Origin: Chrysomallon squamiferum
Taxonomy: Eukaryota; Animalia; Mollusca
Assembly (NCBI GenBank): GCA_012295275.1
Contig: CM022676.1
Location: 16,616,001 to 16,680,000 of the forward strand
Direction of reading: 5' to 3'
Length of the DNA stretch: 64,000 nt
This document shows, piece by piece, positions 13,330 through 25,881 of the stretch. The position numbers were made by a program, and so were the translations under genes. Position 1 is the first letter of the stretch. The number at the start of each line of letters is the position of its first letter. The notes beneath the pieces are model-generated. The model saw only the letters and a list, made by a program, of their open reading frames with translations. It had not been told where the DNA came from and did not search any database.

Positions 13330-14559
13330 AAGTTAAATTTTCGAACCAGTGTAAAGTTAAACACAAATTTCTCTCTATCTTCTCAGTCACGTGATACACA
13401 CCAAAGTCTTTCTCTTGCACAGACTTTAAATCGTATTTTCCTACAGCAGTCGCTTCAGTTTGTGAGTCTAGTCCACCAGAACCAACAACTGTCATCCTTC
13501 CGTCCGTCTGTCTGAACCAAGTGAACGTAGGAACTGGGTTGTCATTTCCTGGTATTGTAAGTGTGACGTCATCGCCTTTAGATGGAGCAAATCTTCTCTG
13601 ATAATCGGTTCGAATATCAAGTCTTGGCGAACCCGAGACATGTAAAATTTACTTTTTCATTTAACTTGGTAAAAGTAGATTACATTCTGTCAATACCCAA
13701 AAGCTGTAAAAAAATATAATTTAACTTTATTTTATTTTATATTTTAACAAAAATATATTCTGCATATAAATACCTAATTCAGACTGCACTCTTATTAATA
13801 TGTTAGATCTGTATATTTGTCTATGTGTTTGTCACTAAGTAAGTGTTTCGTGATTTCCACATGAGACTGTATTGATTACTGGCAACATCACATCTGACAG
13901 TAAGGGGAGATAATTCTTCAAGCTCTACCTTCCCATTCGCCGTGGCTAACTTGATGCTTGGCTCATCTGAAATAAGAAATTGACTCATTTCATTTCGTTC
14001 GTTTCCTTTCGTATCGTTTATTTATTTTTTTTTTTTTTTACTTATTTATTATTATTACTTATTTATTATTATTTTTTTATTATTATCTTTTATCGCAGCT
14101 ATTATTTCTAGTACCGCTGCTACTACTACTAGTACTACTACTTCTGCTAGTGCATCTTCTACTCCTTCTATTCCTCTTACTACTATAACTATAACTATTA
14201 CTACTCCTACATCTACTACTACCACTGTTACTGCAAATATTGCTACCGTTACTGCTACTAATATTACTACTACTGCTGCTACTGCTACTACTGCTGTTGC
14301 AACTGCTACTATTACGCATACTGTTACTCATACTCTGCTAGTGTCGCTAGCAGTAATACTTCTATTGTTACTACTGCTACAACTACCCCTGCTGTCGCCG
14401 CTGCAGCTGCTAATACTATCACTACTACTGCTGTCACTATTTCGTCTGCATATTAACACAAATAAGCAGAATGAACGAACAAATATTAAAACAGAAAATA
14501 AATAATTAAAAATAAAGGGAATACAAATTATAGTTTTTATAGTAGTAATAATAATGATG

Positions 14560-14645
<86 letters not shown>

Positions 14646-15300
14646 AAGAAGAAGAAGAAGAAGAAGAAGAAGAAGAAGAATAACAATAACACGATCACAC
14701 TCACAAACGACGTCCATTGTAACTTGGGTTTCTGCAGTACATGTAAAATTAATTACCACTCTCAGATTTACTGACACTGCGAAGAGTCAGGGCAGAACTG
14801 TTTCTGATCATTTTATTTCCAAACTTCGAGCTGAAACTGGAGTGTTCGTCACTACGACATCATCATCCACTGTGATGTCATAACATTCGTAAACTGTTAG
14901 TGTGGAGGAGATGTTTAACTAGAGAGCACTGGGTTCGTCTACAAATTTAATGTGAACATGTTTTAATTAATTATTTGGTGTTTGCTTTTTTGATGTCATA
15001 GGTTTCGCGTTAACGAGTTGACATATCAATTTTGTTTTTTATTATTCACAGAGGCTAAAATGAATGACAACATAAATATCGTACAGTCCTACAGTATATG
15101 AAGAATATGAAAGAGAAAAAAAGAAGAGAAAAAAAAAACATAGAATAAAACCCCCCAAAAACAAAAATAAATCAGTGATACAGAACAATGAAGTTGTAAC
15201 TGACACTCGCGCACTGACAAGAAACCGGTTTAGTAACTGTGCACGTAATTCAGATTGTCTGGTTTTTGTACTTAACGTCGCCGTTCTGCTGACTACGCGA
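13330..15300 (-). pseudogene. Decayed multi-Ig-domain (nephrin/hemicentin-like) gene: relic exons ~15180-15300, ~14705-14938, ~13830-13966, ~13330-13633
   Basis: Translations: ITCTVTKPVS..SVSYNFIVL; DEPSAL*LNISSTLTVYE...NSSALTLRSVSKSESG..FTCTAE; EPSIKLATANGKVELEELSPLTVRCDVASN; GSPRLDIRTDYQRRFAPSKGDDVTLTIPGNDNPVPTFTWFR...VQEKDFGVYHV. These carry in-frame stops, frameshifts and a CG instead of AG acceptor. Confidence 0.75.
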
Positions 15301-16321
15301 TTATTGAATTTACACGTGTCGAACTATTTAAAGTACTTATGTGTGTATGTCTGTGTGTTTGCGTGTGCCAAAATAATGGCAATAACCACATTAACTAGTA
15401 AAACGATATAAAAATATTAGCAGTAATTCTTCTTACAGCTAGATGATGATGATGATGATGAGGATAATGACGACGATAATGATAACAGTGATGATGACAA
15501 CGACGATTACGATGATGATACTTCTACTGCTACTACTACTACTAATAATAATAATAATAACAACAACAACAACAACAATAATAATTACATAAATTAGAAA
15601 TTGATGATGAAGAAAAATCACATTCCTGAGATACTTAAAAATGAACAGAGACTAAAAAAACACCATAGTTCACTACGTCCTAAGAGAAATAAAGTTAGTA
15701 GTTCTTCCTTGTTCTGTGTCCAACAACCCACTTATATGAAGCACTTTAAAAATAACAGCAAAATCTTTTGTGCGTGACTGGATCTGCCTGGCTAGATTTT
15801 TGATATCATTTGTGTACATAGACATATATCATCCTGAGCTGACCTTACATATATAAATATATAAATACATAAACAAATAAATAAACAAACAAACAAATAC
15901 ATAAATAAATAAATAAACAAATAAATAAGTAAATAAACAAATGAATAAATAATTAATTAAATACATAAATTAGTAAATAAATAAATAAATAAATTAGTAA
16001 ATAAATGAAGAGCCAGATAAATTAATATATATCTGCCTACCTGTTTTTAATAACAACACATACAACGGCATCTGTTTAAATCAAAACGTGAAACAATGAC
16101 GTAATGCATCCGTCTGTCCACACATCCAGCTTTCCACACATAAACATGTTTTACTGAAATCTCTTGTACAGCAACTAAACATAGACATGCATTCTTATTA
16201 CATATTTCTATTATCAACATATTTTAATTTAGTTTTGCATGTGTGTGTGTGTGTGTATATATATATATTCTATCCATAGTAGGACTCATTTTAGCAGTAA
16301 TAGTTGTTGTTGCTATAGCAT

Positions 16322-16544
16322 TCTAGAACTACAGCTTCCATTTTCTTTCGAAGTTCCAGACACGAGAAATTTTGACAAGTTCCCGGCTCCACTGAGATCA
16401 AACTCGTACCACGGTTCATCGTAATCGTCATCACTGAAACACGGAGTTCTCTCCCTTATCCACACTGTAAAAATATTCCGCCGTCCATCTTGATTTCCTT
16501 GTATTTGTTCGGGTTCTTTTATAGTTGTACATTTTTCTTCAAGT
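16322..16544 (-). pseudogene. Internal ~220 bp duplicate of the 8607-9806 ORF (matches ~9337-9558)
   Basis: Shared blocks include ccagacacgagaaattttgacaa and ccggctccactgagatcaaactcgtaccacggttcatcgtaatc. The DYDEPWYEFDLSGAG segment is retained. Confidence 0.9.
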
Positions 16545-16580
16545 AGACTTAATAAACTTTAGTATTATGTCATAGTGTCA

Positions 16581-16635
<55 letters not shown>

Positions 16636-16820
16636 TTCTCTTTTGTGAGCGGTGATAAGACTGAGGTGACTGGGTAAAAAAGGAACACGACACCGCACAG
16701 GGCGAGACAGTCGTCATTCGCTTCACTGAACACCTTCGAGGAAACAGCAAAACACTTGTGTGACTCGTGTTTCGTTATCTGTTACTGAAACAAGGGTGCG
16801 GGCTTCAGTGACAAACAAAA

Positions 16821-16893
16821 ATGAAATTTTCTGTTTTATTGAGTGTGGACTTTTTCTTATTAGGAATATTTTATCTGTCGAAATCTGTTACAG
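16821..16893 (+). CDS. Candidate signal-peptide first exon; no downstream exons identified
   Basis: aaaaATG then MKFSVLLSVDFFLLGIFYLSKSVT-G|gtaaga, phase 1 with a strong donor. Confidence 0.55.
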
Positions 16894-17749
16894 GTAAGAT
16901 TATTTTTAATTATTTATTTATAAAGTATTATCATCTGTTCATCGTTTCTTTCTCTTTTTCCCTATCTGTTTCTTCCTCTCTTACACTTTCTCTGTCTCTC
17001 TTGCATCATCTCTGAAGTTCAAACTCAGTTTTAGTTATACACAGAGACACACCCGGACAGAGAAATAGACAGACATACTTACATACAAGTATACCAGTCA
17101 GAAACAGTGAAACACAGATAAATACACGTAGAACATAGAGCAATATCCAGGCAATCATACACATGTAGAAAAACACACAGACAGATATACAATATATAGA
17201 TATACATTATATTAGTTTACATTATCTTGCATACATACATATATACAAAATACATACACATACTACGTACGTACTTACATGCATATAGTCATATCAAATG
17301 GATACAACACGTATAACTCATACACATTTCTTATGTTCTGTACTATTAGTGAAGACTTGCGCCATAAAATACCATTAGAAAAGTTAGTTCAACAAGCTGC
17401 ATAAAATTATTCACCATTATTTAGCATTTTATGATTCATAACTGTGATTTATTCTATCTATGACTGGTATCTCTGTCTCTGAAAATAAATATATCTGACA
17501 TGAGTATGTGAGTACGTGTATGTGAGTTTGAGTATCTGTCAGAGATGGTTTATAACTATGTGTTTATAGATGAGTTTATATCTGTGAGCAAGAAACAGAC
17601 ACAAAGACATATATAATATTAGATATTCTTTGTCATACGAGACCAAATTAAATAGCAAGTCTTAAACAAACGAAAGGTGTAAATAATTTCACCATAATCT
17701 CGTTATATTGTTATTATTATTATTATTATTTCAATTATTATTATAGTCG

Positions 17750-18850
17750 CGGGGTTCTCACCTTTACACACCTTTGATGTTTTATTAGGGCTTAGTCTAG
17801 TAAGCATTACGACCGGTAACGACCCATCTGTCTGAAACGACCAGCAGTATCGTGGTGTGAAGAAGTTTGCATCGGATATTCTTGCCCAGTATATCACGTT
17901 GAAAGTAGAGCATGAAGCGATTCAACAGCAACACCGAGAAAAAACACCAGAACCTTTGTCAGAGGATGAAATTATTGTAGATTCACCAAGGAAAATCCTT
18001 TGAACGAAAATTGACAGCTCGATATGCACAAAAAGTGATCAACGCTATCACTAGAGAAGAGAAGAGAAAAGTCGTGTAAGCTGCCGAACGAGAGGAAGCT
18101 AAAAAAATAAAAGTAAGTTCTAAAGGCATGAACATGATAGAAATAGCTAGTAGATTATTAGTTGTTAGTGTGGCAACAACCAGAGAACAATTACTTACTT
18201 GGGTTAGAACTTACAAACAAGAAGCAAATGCAATTTGTACAATACCTGGAGAAAATCAACCACTTGGTGGATTCACTTTTATCATGAGTGAGATTTCATT
18301 TTAGAGAGTTTTGAAGTCACAACTTGAAATTGTGAATTCTAAAGTAGATCCGAAAGTGTCCATTATTGACTATTTGAGAACATAGGAACCTCCAAATGAT
18401 TTAGATTTGGCTGAACCTGAAGAAAGCATGATGGATTTTTTATATTGGTGTTGTCATGCTCAAATTGTTGCACGAAAAATAGTATCCATTCTTCAAAAAA
18501 GTGATACTGACCGTTACTGTGTCTGCTTGCTTGGATAATCCACAACAGGTAAATCGTATTGGATGATTGAACCATTCACGATTTTACAATCATCTGTAGT
18601 TGGACGTGCACGTAAAGACGCTGATTTGGTTTCGAGTCCTGCGCGAACAAAAATATTATTCTTGTTGATGAATGTAACATTTATCAACCAGCTATGGACA
18701 CCAACAAATCTTTGTTATGAGGTAATAAGGTGGAAGTTGTAAGGAAACAACCTATGGTGATCCATAAAACTGTTAGTTTTGTGTCCAGAGATGAAAAACA
18801 AATGATTATAACACAATTTTATGATTTTGTATTATTATAGACACTGTGAT
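17750..18850 (+). mobile_element. Degraded endogenous viral element: parvovirus/densovirus-like NS1 with SF3 helicase domain
   Basis: Intronless frame with several stops and a frameshift. Walker A region CVCLLG*STTGKSYW (GxSTTGKS at ~18533-18556), then GFESCANKNIILVDEC (Walker B, DE at 18667-18672), then B' motif KSLL*GNKVEVVRK. Order and spacing fit SF3 helicases. Confidence 0.8.
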
Positions 18851-19202
18851 GTGGTTTACCAATTTCGGAGGACTGTTTTGTATTTTCTGCTTTTGCTTTA
18901 ATACAAATTAAAATAAGATAAAAACAAATTTATTATTATTTATTTTACGTTTCTAAAAGCAGTGCGTTTTCCAGTACCACTATTTGTACTAACTAGCCCT
19001 ACTATATCCAGTATTGCTATTATTACTAGCTCTACTTTTTCCATTACTATTATCACTTTTATTACTCGCCCTAATATTTCCAGTACTACTATTATTACTA
19101 ACTCTACTACTGTTGACATTTACCTAACTTACCTTGATATCCACCTGAACTTACCTTAATTACCGACATCATCTGAAATGAGAAATCAAATGCAAACTGT
19201 CA

Positions 19203-19276
19203 GAGCATACGAGGATTCGAACCCCAAGCAGCGAGCGTACCGAGCGTGAACGCTAATCACGACACCATCCGATCTC
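19203..19276 (-). other. Second, inverted tRNA-derived head
   Basis: Reverse-complement copy with a canonical B box GGTTCGAATCC at 19213-19223. Confidence 0.65.
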
Positions 19277-19693
19277 GGACGAGAAGCATGTGAAAAGAAC
19301 TTCTAGTCAATCCTGCGATCGATGTTGTGCAGTCGATTTTGGGTTATCTCCAAAGATGGCGATTATCTGCAGAAGCCGTCATTTTCATTTTATTTGATCT
19401 CACTATTTTAAATATAAATCCACACACTCGTTAATATTTAGCATAAAAAATAAAATATTTAATAAAATAAACATTTATATAAAATTAAAAAAATTGCATT
19501 AATAGTTTCTTAAAAAAAAATGATGTCATTATTCCCGGACGTTATATAACTCTTATAGTATTGCAGGATATTATGCAAATTCAGAAAATGGCGGCTTCTA
19601 CAAATAATCGCCATGTTGGGAGGTAACTCCAAATCGATTGCACAACATCGATCGCAGGACTGACTAGAAGTTCTTTTCATGTGGTGGTCGTCC

Positions 19694-19768
19694 GAGATCG
19701 GATGGTGTCGTGGTTAGAGTTCACGCTCGCTACGCTCGCTGCTTGGAGTTCAAATCCTTGCTCCGCTC
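19694..19768 (+). other. tRNA-derived (SINE-head-like) sequence with Pol III A/B boxes; not a canonical tRNA
   Basis: A-box-like tggtgtcgtggt at 19703-19714 and B-box-like gagttcaaatcc at 19746-19757. gag..gga / tccgctc gives acceptor-stem-like pairing. The anticodon arm is irregular. Confidence 0.65.
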
Positions 19769-19859
19769 GGATAATTTACCTTTCCTTTCTCGTTTCAGGT
19801 GATGTCGGTCATCAGGTAATTAAGGTAAATTAAGGGGAACATAAAGATAAGTTAGATAG

Positions 19860-21477
19860 CCCTGGAAATAGTAGGGCTAGTAATAGTAGTACTGGAAATA
19901 GAAGGGCTAATAATAATAATAGTAGTACTGGAAATAGAAGGGCTAATAATAATAATAGTAGTACTGGAAATAGTAATGGTAGTGCTAGAAATAGAAGGGC
20001 TAAATTTAATATGAGCACTGGAAACAGAAGGGTTAATAATTGTAGTAATGCTGGAAATAGTAGGGCTAGTAATAAGAGTAGTGCTGGAAATAGTTCGGTG
20101 CTGGAAATAATTGGGCTAATAATAGTAGTACTCGAAATAGTAATAATAGTGCTGGAAATAGAAGGGTTAGTAAAAATTGTAGTGCTGGAAAAAGAACGGC
20201 TAATAATAGAAGTAGTACTAGAAATGGAAGGTCTAATAATTATAGTAGTAGTACTGCAAATAGTAGGGCTAGTAATAATAGTAGTACTGCTGGAAATAGA
20301 AGGGCTAGTAATAATAGTAGTGCTGGAAATGATAGGCCTGATAATAGTTGTTCTGGAAATATTAGGGCTAGTAATAATAGTAGTGCTGGAAATAATAGGG
20401 CTAATAATAGTAGTAGTACTGGAAATAGAAGGGATAGTAGTCGTGCTGGGAATAGAATGGTTAGTAATAATTATAGTGCTGGAAATAGTAGTGGTAGTAA
20501 TAATAGTAGTACTTGAAATTGTAACAGTAGTGCTGGAAATAGTAGGGCTAGTAATAACAGTAGTGCTGTAAATAGAAGGGCTAGTAATAATAGGAGTGCT
20601 GGAAATAGACTGGCTAATAATAGTGGCAATGGTGGAAATAATAGGGCTAATAATTGTAGTAGTACTGGAAATAGAAGGCCTAATAATAGTAGTAATGCTG
20701 GAAATAGAAGTGTTAGTAATAATAGTAGTACTGGAAATAGTAGGGCTAATAATAATAGTAGTACTGGAAATAGTAGGGCTAATAATAATAGTAGTACTGG
20801 AAATAGTAGGGCTAATAATAGTAGTAGTACTGGAAATAGTAATAGTAGTGCTGGTAATAGAAGGGCTAGTAATAATAGTAGTGCTGGAAATAGTAGGGCT
20901 AATAATAGTAGTATTGCTGGAAATAGAAGGGATAGTAGCAGTTCTGGAAATAGAAGGGTTAGTAATAATAGTAGTAGTTCTGGAAATAGTAGTAGTAGTG
21001 CTGGAAATAGAAGTGCTAATAACAGAAGTAGTAATGGAAAGAGTAGAGTTAGTAATAATAGTAGTACTGGAAATAGTAGACCTAGTAATAATAATAGAAG
21101 TACTCCTTCGGAAATAGTAGGGCTAGTAATAATAGTAGTACTGGAAATAGTAGACCTAATAATAATAGAAGTACTCCTTCGGAAATAGTAGGGCTAGTAA
21201 TACTAGTAGTACTGGAAATAGTAGACCTAGTAATAATAATAGAAGTACTCTTTGGGAAATAGTAACATTAGAGCTGGAAATGGAAGGGTTACTAATAATA
21301 GTAGTAGTAATAGTAGAGCTAGTAATAATAGTAGTGCTCGAAGTAGTAGGAATATTAATAGTAGTACTGCTTTAGATATAGTAGGCTAATAATAGTGGAA
21401 CTGGAAATAGTCGGGCTACTAATAATTGTAGTAATGGAAACAGTAGGGCTAGTAATAGTAGTGCTGGAAATAGTAAA
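19860..21477 (+). repeat. Satellite array, ~30-36 bp unit (consensus ctggaaatagtagggctagtaataatagtagta)
   Basis: Dozens of ctggaaatag-anchored units. A short inverted array of the same unit is at ~18963-19110. Confidence 0.95.
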
Positions 21478-24400
21478 TCTGGCCCCCATATTCATGATGT
21501 ATTTAATATTTGTTTAATACTAATTAATCATATATGTGTAATATCTTTCAAGTCTGCGCCTCAACGTTTTCTTTGGCTTCATATTTGAAGTCTGACAAGT
21601 AGTCATCTGAATTGAATAAAAACAAAAAACAGACTGCTTGACTGTGATCATTTGATTATATTAGATTATAAACGTTTAAAAATAGGTTATTAAGATATAT
21701 CTATAATTAATAATAAATTCAGAAGAAACTCCGTGATTAATGTTGTTTCTACCAACTGTGGTTCTACTTTTACTGAAAATGGAGAACAGCATTCGCTTTA
21801 CTAGTATAATCAATGCGAGATTTGCTATGTTGTAAAGAAAAACACAGAAAGAGTATTTTTTAGTGTCGTGCTGAGAATAGAAATTTCGTGTGGATGTAAT
21901 ACAATTCTAGACGTTCAGAAAGTGATAGAACACAATCAGTGCATGAACATCAGTCTCTTATAATGACTTTTATTTAGCCTAATTTTTCCTTTTCATGCAT
22001 CTGAGAGAAAGGCTGTCCATTGTTAGTCGACATTACCAGTTGTCTTCGGGAAATTATATTTAGAGAACAAAAGTGTTTACAGAAAAAGCAAAGAGACCGA
22101 CAGAAAGCCAAAGATTATGTAGTTTTATGAGATAAACAAAAGATAAAACAACGACAGCTAGTAAATAAATATCTCTTAATGATTGTAATAAGTAAATAAA
22201 CTCAGTGTCAGTGTCTGGCTGCATATCACAACAGGGAAAAAGACAAAAATGAAAACGAGGCAGAACACCCTGTTACCATGATAACAAGACTGACATGTCT
22301 GCAGTTGCATACTTTACTGAATGAGTTCATCTGTAGAAGTGAAGAATGTGTGGACAAAAATGTTTAAAAGTGTTTATTTAAAAACAAACAACATGTGTTT
22401 ACATGTTTAATATTATATCTGCACCTACATTTACCCACACACTCAGTAGTAAATTCTTGTCATTATCTCCAGAGACAGATATGTAGATGTAGAGACAGAT
22501 CGATAAACTGATCAATAAATAAATAGGTAGTCACAGAGGCAGACATATTGATATCTCAAACTAGTAAATAAACTTTCCTGATATAGCAAAGTTATGAAAC
22601 CTTTACACTGTAAATGCTATTTCTTAAATACAGCACAGCTCTATATTGCTATTATAATAATTATTCAATAAATATTTATTTTAGTTTTTCCTTGTTTTAA
22701 ATATTTCTTTTCATTTACTATGTATACACACATCAGAAGATCTGGACAACCAAAAACATTAGAACCTTTGACTGCATGAACTAAAACAGTCTTAAAAGAA
22801 ATAAACAGAAACATTAAAATTTGTTCTAAGATATAAAACTGCAAATTTTAATATAAACTAATTTTGAATATTTGAACTGACAGCAGCCAGAATGTGATGC
22901 ACCTACTGTTTCACCACCTTCTTGTTATTAATTTATGTAGTGATTTTGTTATCCAAAGTGGAATATAATAAATTTACAGCTGATATGTAATAAATTTAAC
23001 AACTTTGAAGGAACATGGTCTGCTGTTAGACATAAATTATCAAATATAACCAGCATTTATTCAGTTACACAACTCAGAAATTTGAGATTTCTTGTTTTCG
23101 CAGTTGTTTCCTAAGCAGAGACAACTCAGTGAGTTGTTATTTAATTTACGTGTAAATTACGTTTTCATCAAAGTGTGGTATCATCTACTTTACATAGATT
23201 AAATATTTTGTCATTTTATTGTAAATTAATACAACCTCAGCAATATACAGGATACTTAAACTTTATTTAGTTTTTTAACTAAATTTATAAATATGTACAG
23301 CTAAATTCAGACACACACACAAATCATATATGTGTAAATATAATTAAAATAATTCTAATATGTTTGTAACTCATAATGTATGATGTTGATTTTTCAACTC
23401 AGATTATGTAACAATTTATTTTATTAATTTGCTTTCAGTCACACAACATTTTACGTTTACAACTAATTTTTCCACTTGATGGATTTGCTTTAAAAGGACT
23501 GGCATTTCGTAGTCAGAAGAAAAAAGACGTGATAGCCAATAGTCAGGCAGGAAAGCAGTGTTTTCAAATGACATTTTCTTTATGTAAGAGTATGGTAAGC
23601 TATTGACTGTTCTTATGCTGATAGGGTATACTGTATACATTAACATGAGTTTTGTTTATGTTTCTAGTGCATGGATGCAATTATTGTTTCATAGAGATTG
23701 CTGTCGGTTTAGTTTTAAATTTCCGTACCAGGTATGGACACTGTGATGTATATAAATTACACATACAGCTATATATATATTCACATATACAAACACACAG
23801 ATAGTCGATAGTATATATATTATACATACACATATCTATAAACACAGATACTCTGTGTGTGTGTTGTGTGTGTGTGTCTATAGATATATATATATATATA
23901 TACACACACAAACACCTGTACACACAGATAATCTGTGTATACATATCAATTTATGCATTACACATACATCAACAGATATGTGTGTGCTTACAAGTGTACA
24001 TATACATGTAGACACATAGATATATATATATGCATATATATTTACAGTCATGTGTGTATGCATATCTATATATTACACATATATATACAGACAGATAGAT
24101 AACTGAACAGTGAAATGAAAAAAGACTTTAATTATTGATATTACTATATAAGTAAGTACTGACATAGTCTATAGCTTGTTTAGCTGTTTTTTTTTTTTTT
24201 TTTTTTTTTATAGAGAAATGTATTACTGGTATTCATTATATGTATGTATGCATGCGAAAATACAGATAAGTAGATAGATATAACAAACAAAGTTAATTTC
24301 AAGTAAACACTAATGCATGAATAATTTTAGAAATCACATATAAAATATTTATAAGTGTTTCATTTTATATAAAAATAACACACAGGCACAAACACACAGA

Positions 24401-25437
24401 CACACTGTAATTTCATAAATGTATCTACAAAGCTACAACAAAATATAAATTAAAAAATTAAATATTATCCAATAAATTTTAAACGGTTACACGAAAAGTT
24501 CTGATGTGAATAACTGTTAAATCTGGCCGAAGGTTATTCGCTGCTTTGTTGTTTATGTTCTTGGCTTACTTAGTTTAACAGATAGTTAAGAACTTACTAT
24601 TAATATTCATATTAATTAGTAAGTTCAGGCGAGGATACCTGTTATTAGCAAAAGTTACCTGTTATTAGCAAAACACGACAGACAGAAGAATAACCATATG
24701 TAACAAGAAAATTGCATTCACTTACTTTGATGACGTGGCTGACAAAGGCAGCAATTTTTTTTCTGAAATCATTAGTATTAGATCGATTTAAATGCAACGT
24801 GACAAGTAGAGCGATCAAATGAGCACTTAAGGCATAACTTCCACATTCAATAGTTAATATGGGTTACCTCCCTTGTGGTAGATTGAAATCGAGCGCTCGA
24901 TACTAAGTAAAACGGGTAAGCCTGCATAAATTTAATGTTCAGAACTACAAGTGTTTCGTAAAAGATGCATTGAAAAGAAGAACATTTTAAAGTGCATTAG
25001 ACATTTTGCTGCGAACAGACACAGTTCATCTATACGTGTCTCAGAGTTGCTAGATATTTTCGTTGATGATTTTATCAGCGTCATTGGCCCTGGAAGAAGC
25101 AAAGCACTGGGACCCGTACATACTCGCATACACTGACTGCACGTGTTACTTGGCCAGGGGTCCCCATAGGTACCGCCCAGTGTGCCTATACCTTAAGACG
25201 ACGCTGACTACATACTTAATACTGGTCGTAGTATTGAAGCAATTCATCCAACCATCTATTTCAACGTTAAAACTCCTTTCAGTTATTAGTATAAGAATAA
25301 CTATAACGTAACCTCAGAGGAATTTTTTAAACATAATTTATTTGTTTTATTCAAGAATTTGTCTTTAAGTAAAAGCAAGAATAGAGAAATACTTGTTAAT
25401 TTTCGTATCTGATTTTTATCACAGTTCTACAGTCCTT

Positions 25438-25803
25438 TCACGTAAATGACAGGGTTGGTTTCGGATTTTTGCCCGAGCTCTTGTTCCGGACCGTAATTTT
25501 CCAGTCACCAATCTTCCCCGTGTGTCCACGCAGACCGTTCTTACCGCTGATTGTCCTGCTACCCTCCACTTTTAGTTTACTGTAGTCACTGAAAGCGGCA
25601 GAGTAACCACCTTTAAAATATAATAAAACAACAACAGAAACAAATATTAAGAGAAAATCCAAATGTATCTGCATGTCTCTATGTGTGTTTGTTCGTGTAT
25701 GTGCATATTTTTGTGTGTTAAAATCACTTTTTAAACCGCAATTAAAATTTGAAATATAAACACTCTAAATTTAACATATATAATCCGGATATATAAGAGG
25801 AAC

Positions 25804-25881
<78 letters not shown>

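Larger units (their letters stand above)
18963..21477. mobile_element. Foldback-type composite element: inverted satellite arms, ~240 bp inner inverted repeats (19148-19386 / 19584-19830) and a ~197 bp AT-rich loop
   Basis: The inner arms are diverged reverse complements sharing cacaacatcgatcgcagga, gactagaagttcttttca and gtccgagatcggatggtgtcgtg. The outer satellite occurs in opposite orientation on each side. Confidence 0.75.

Noticed and set aside
14083-14680. Poly-S, poly-I, poly-R and poly-L ORFs here and throughout the window
   Set aside because: Translations of (TAA)n, (TAG)n, (GAA)n, (CA)n and (CT)n microsatellites.
19694-19768. Functional tRNA gene
   Set aside because: A/B boxes are present, but the anticodon arm and stems are irregular and the unit is embedded in a repeat.
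19148-19830. Parvoviral terminal hairpin belonging to the NS1 element
   Set aside because: The arms carry tRNA-like boxes and continue into host-type satellite on both sides, which fits a foldback repeat better; adjacency alone is insufficient.
20011-21117. Two long hydrophobic ORFs (VLEIVGLIIIVV...)
   Set aside because: They are translations of the ~33-bp satellite, with no splice or start context.
24780-25310. GC-richer island with short ORFs, possibly a transposon relic
   Set aside because: No recognisable protein motif, terminal repeat or second copy in the window.
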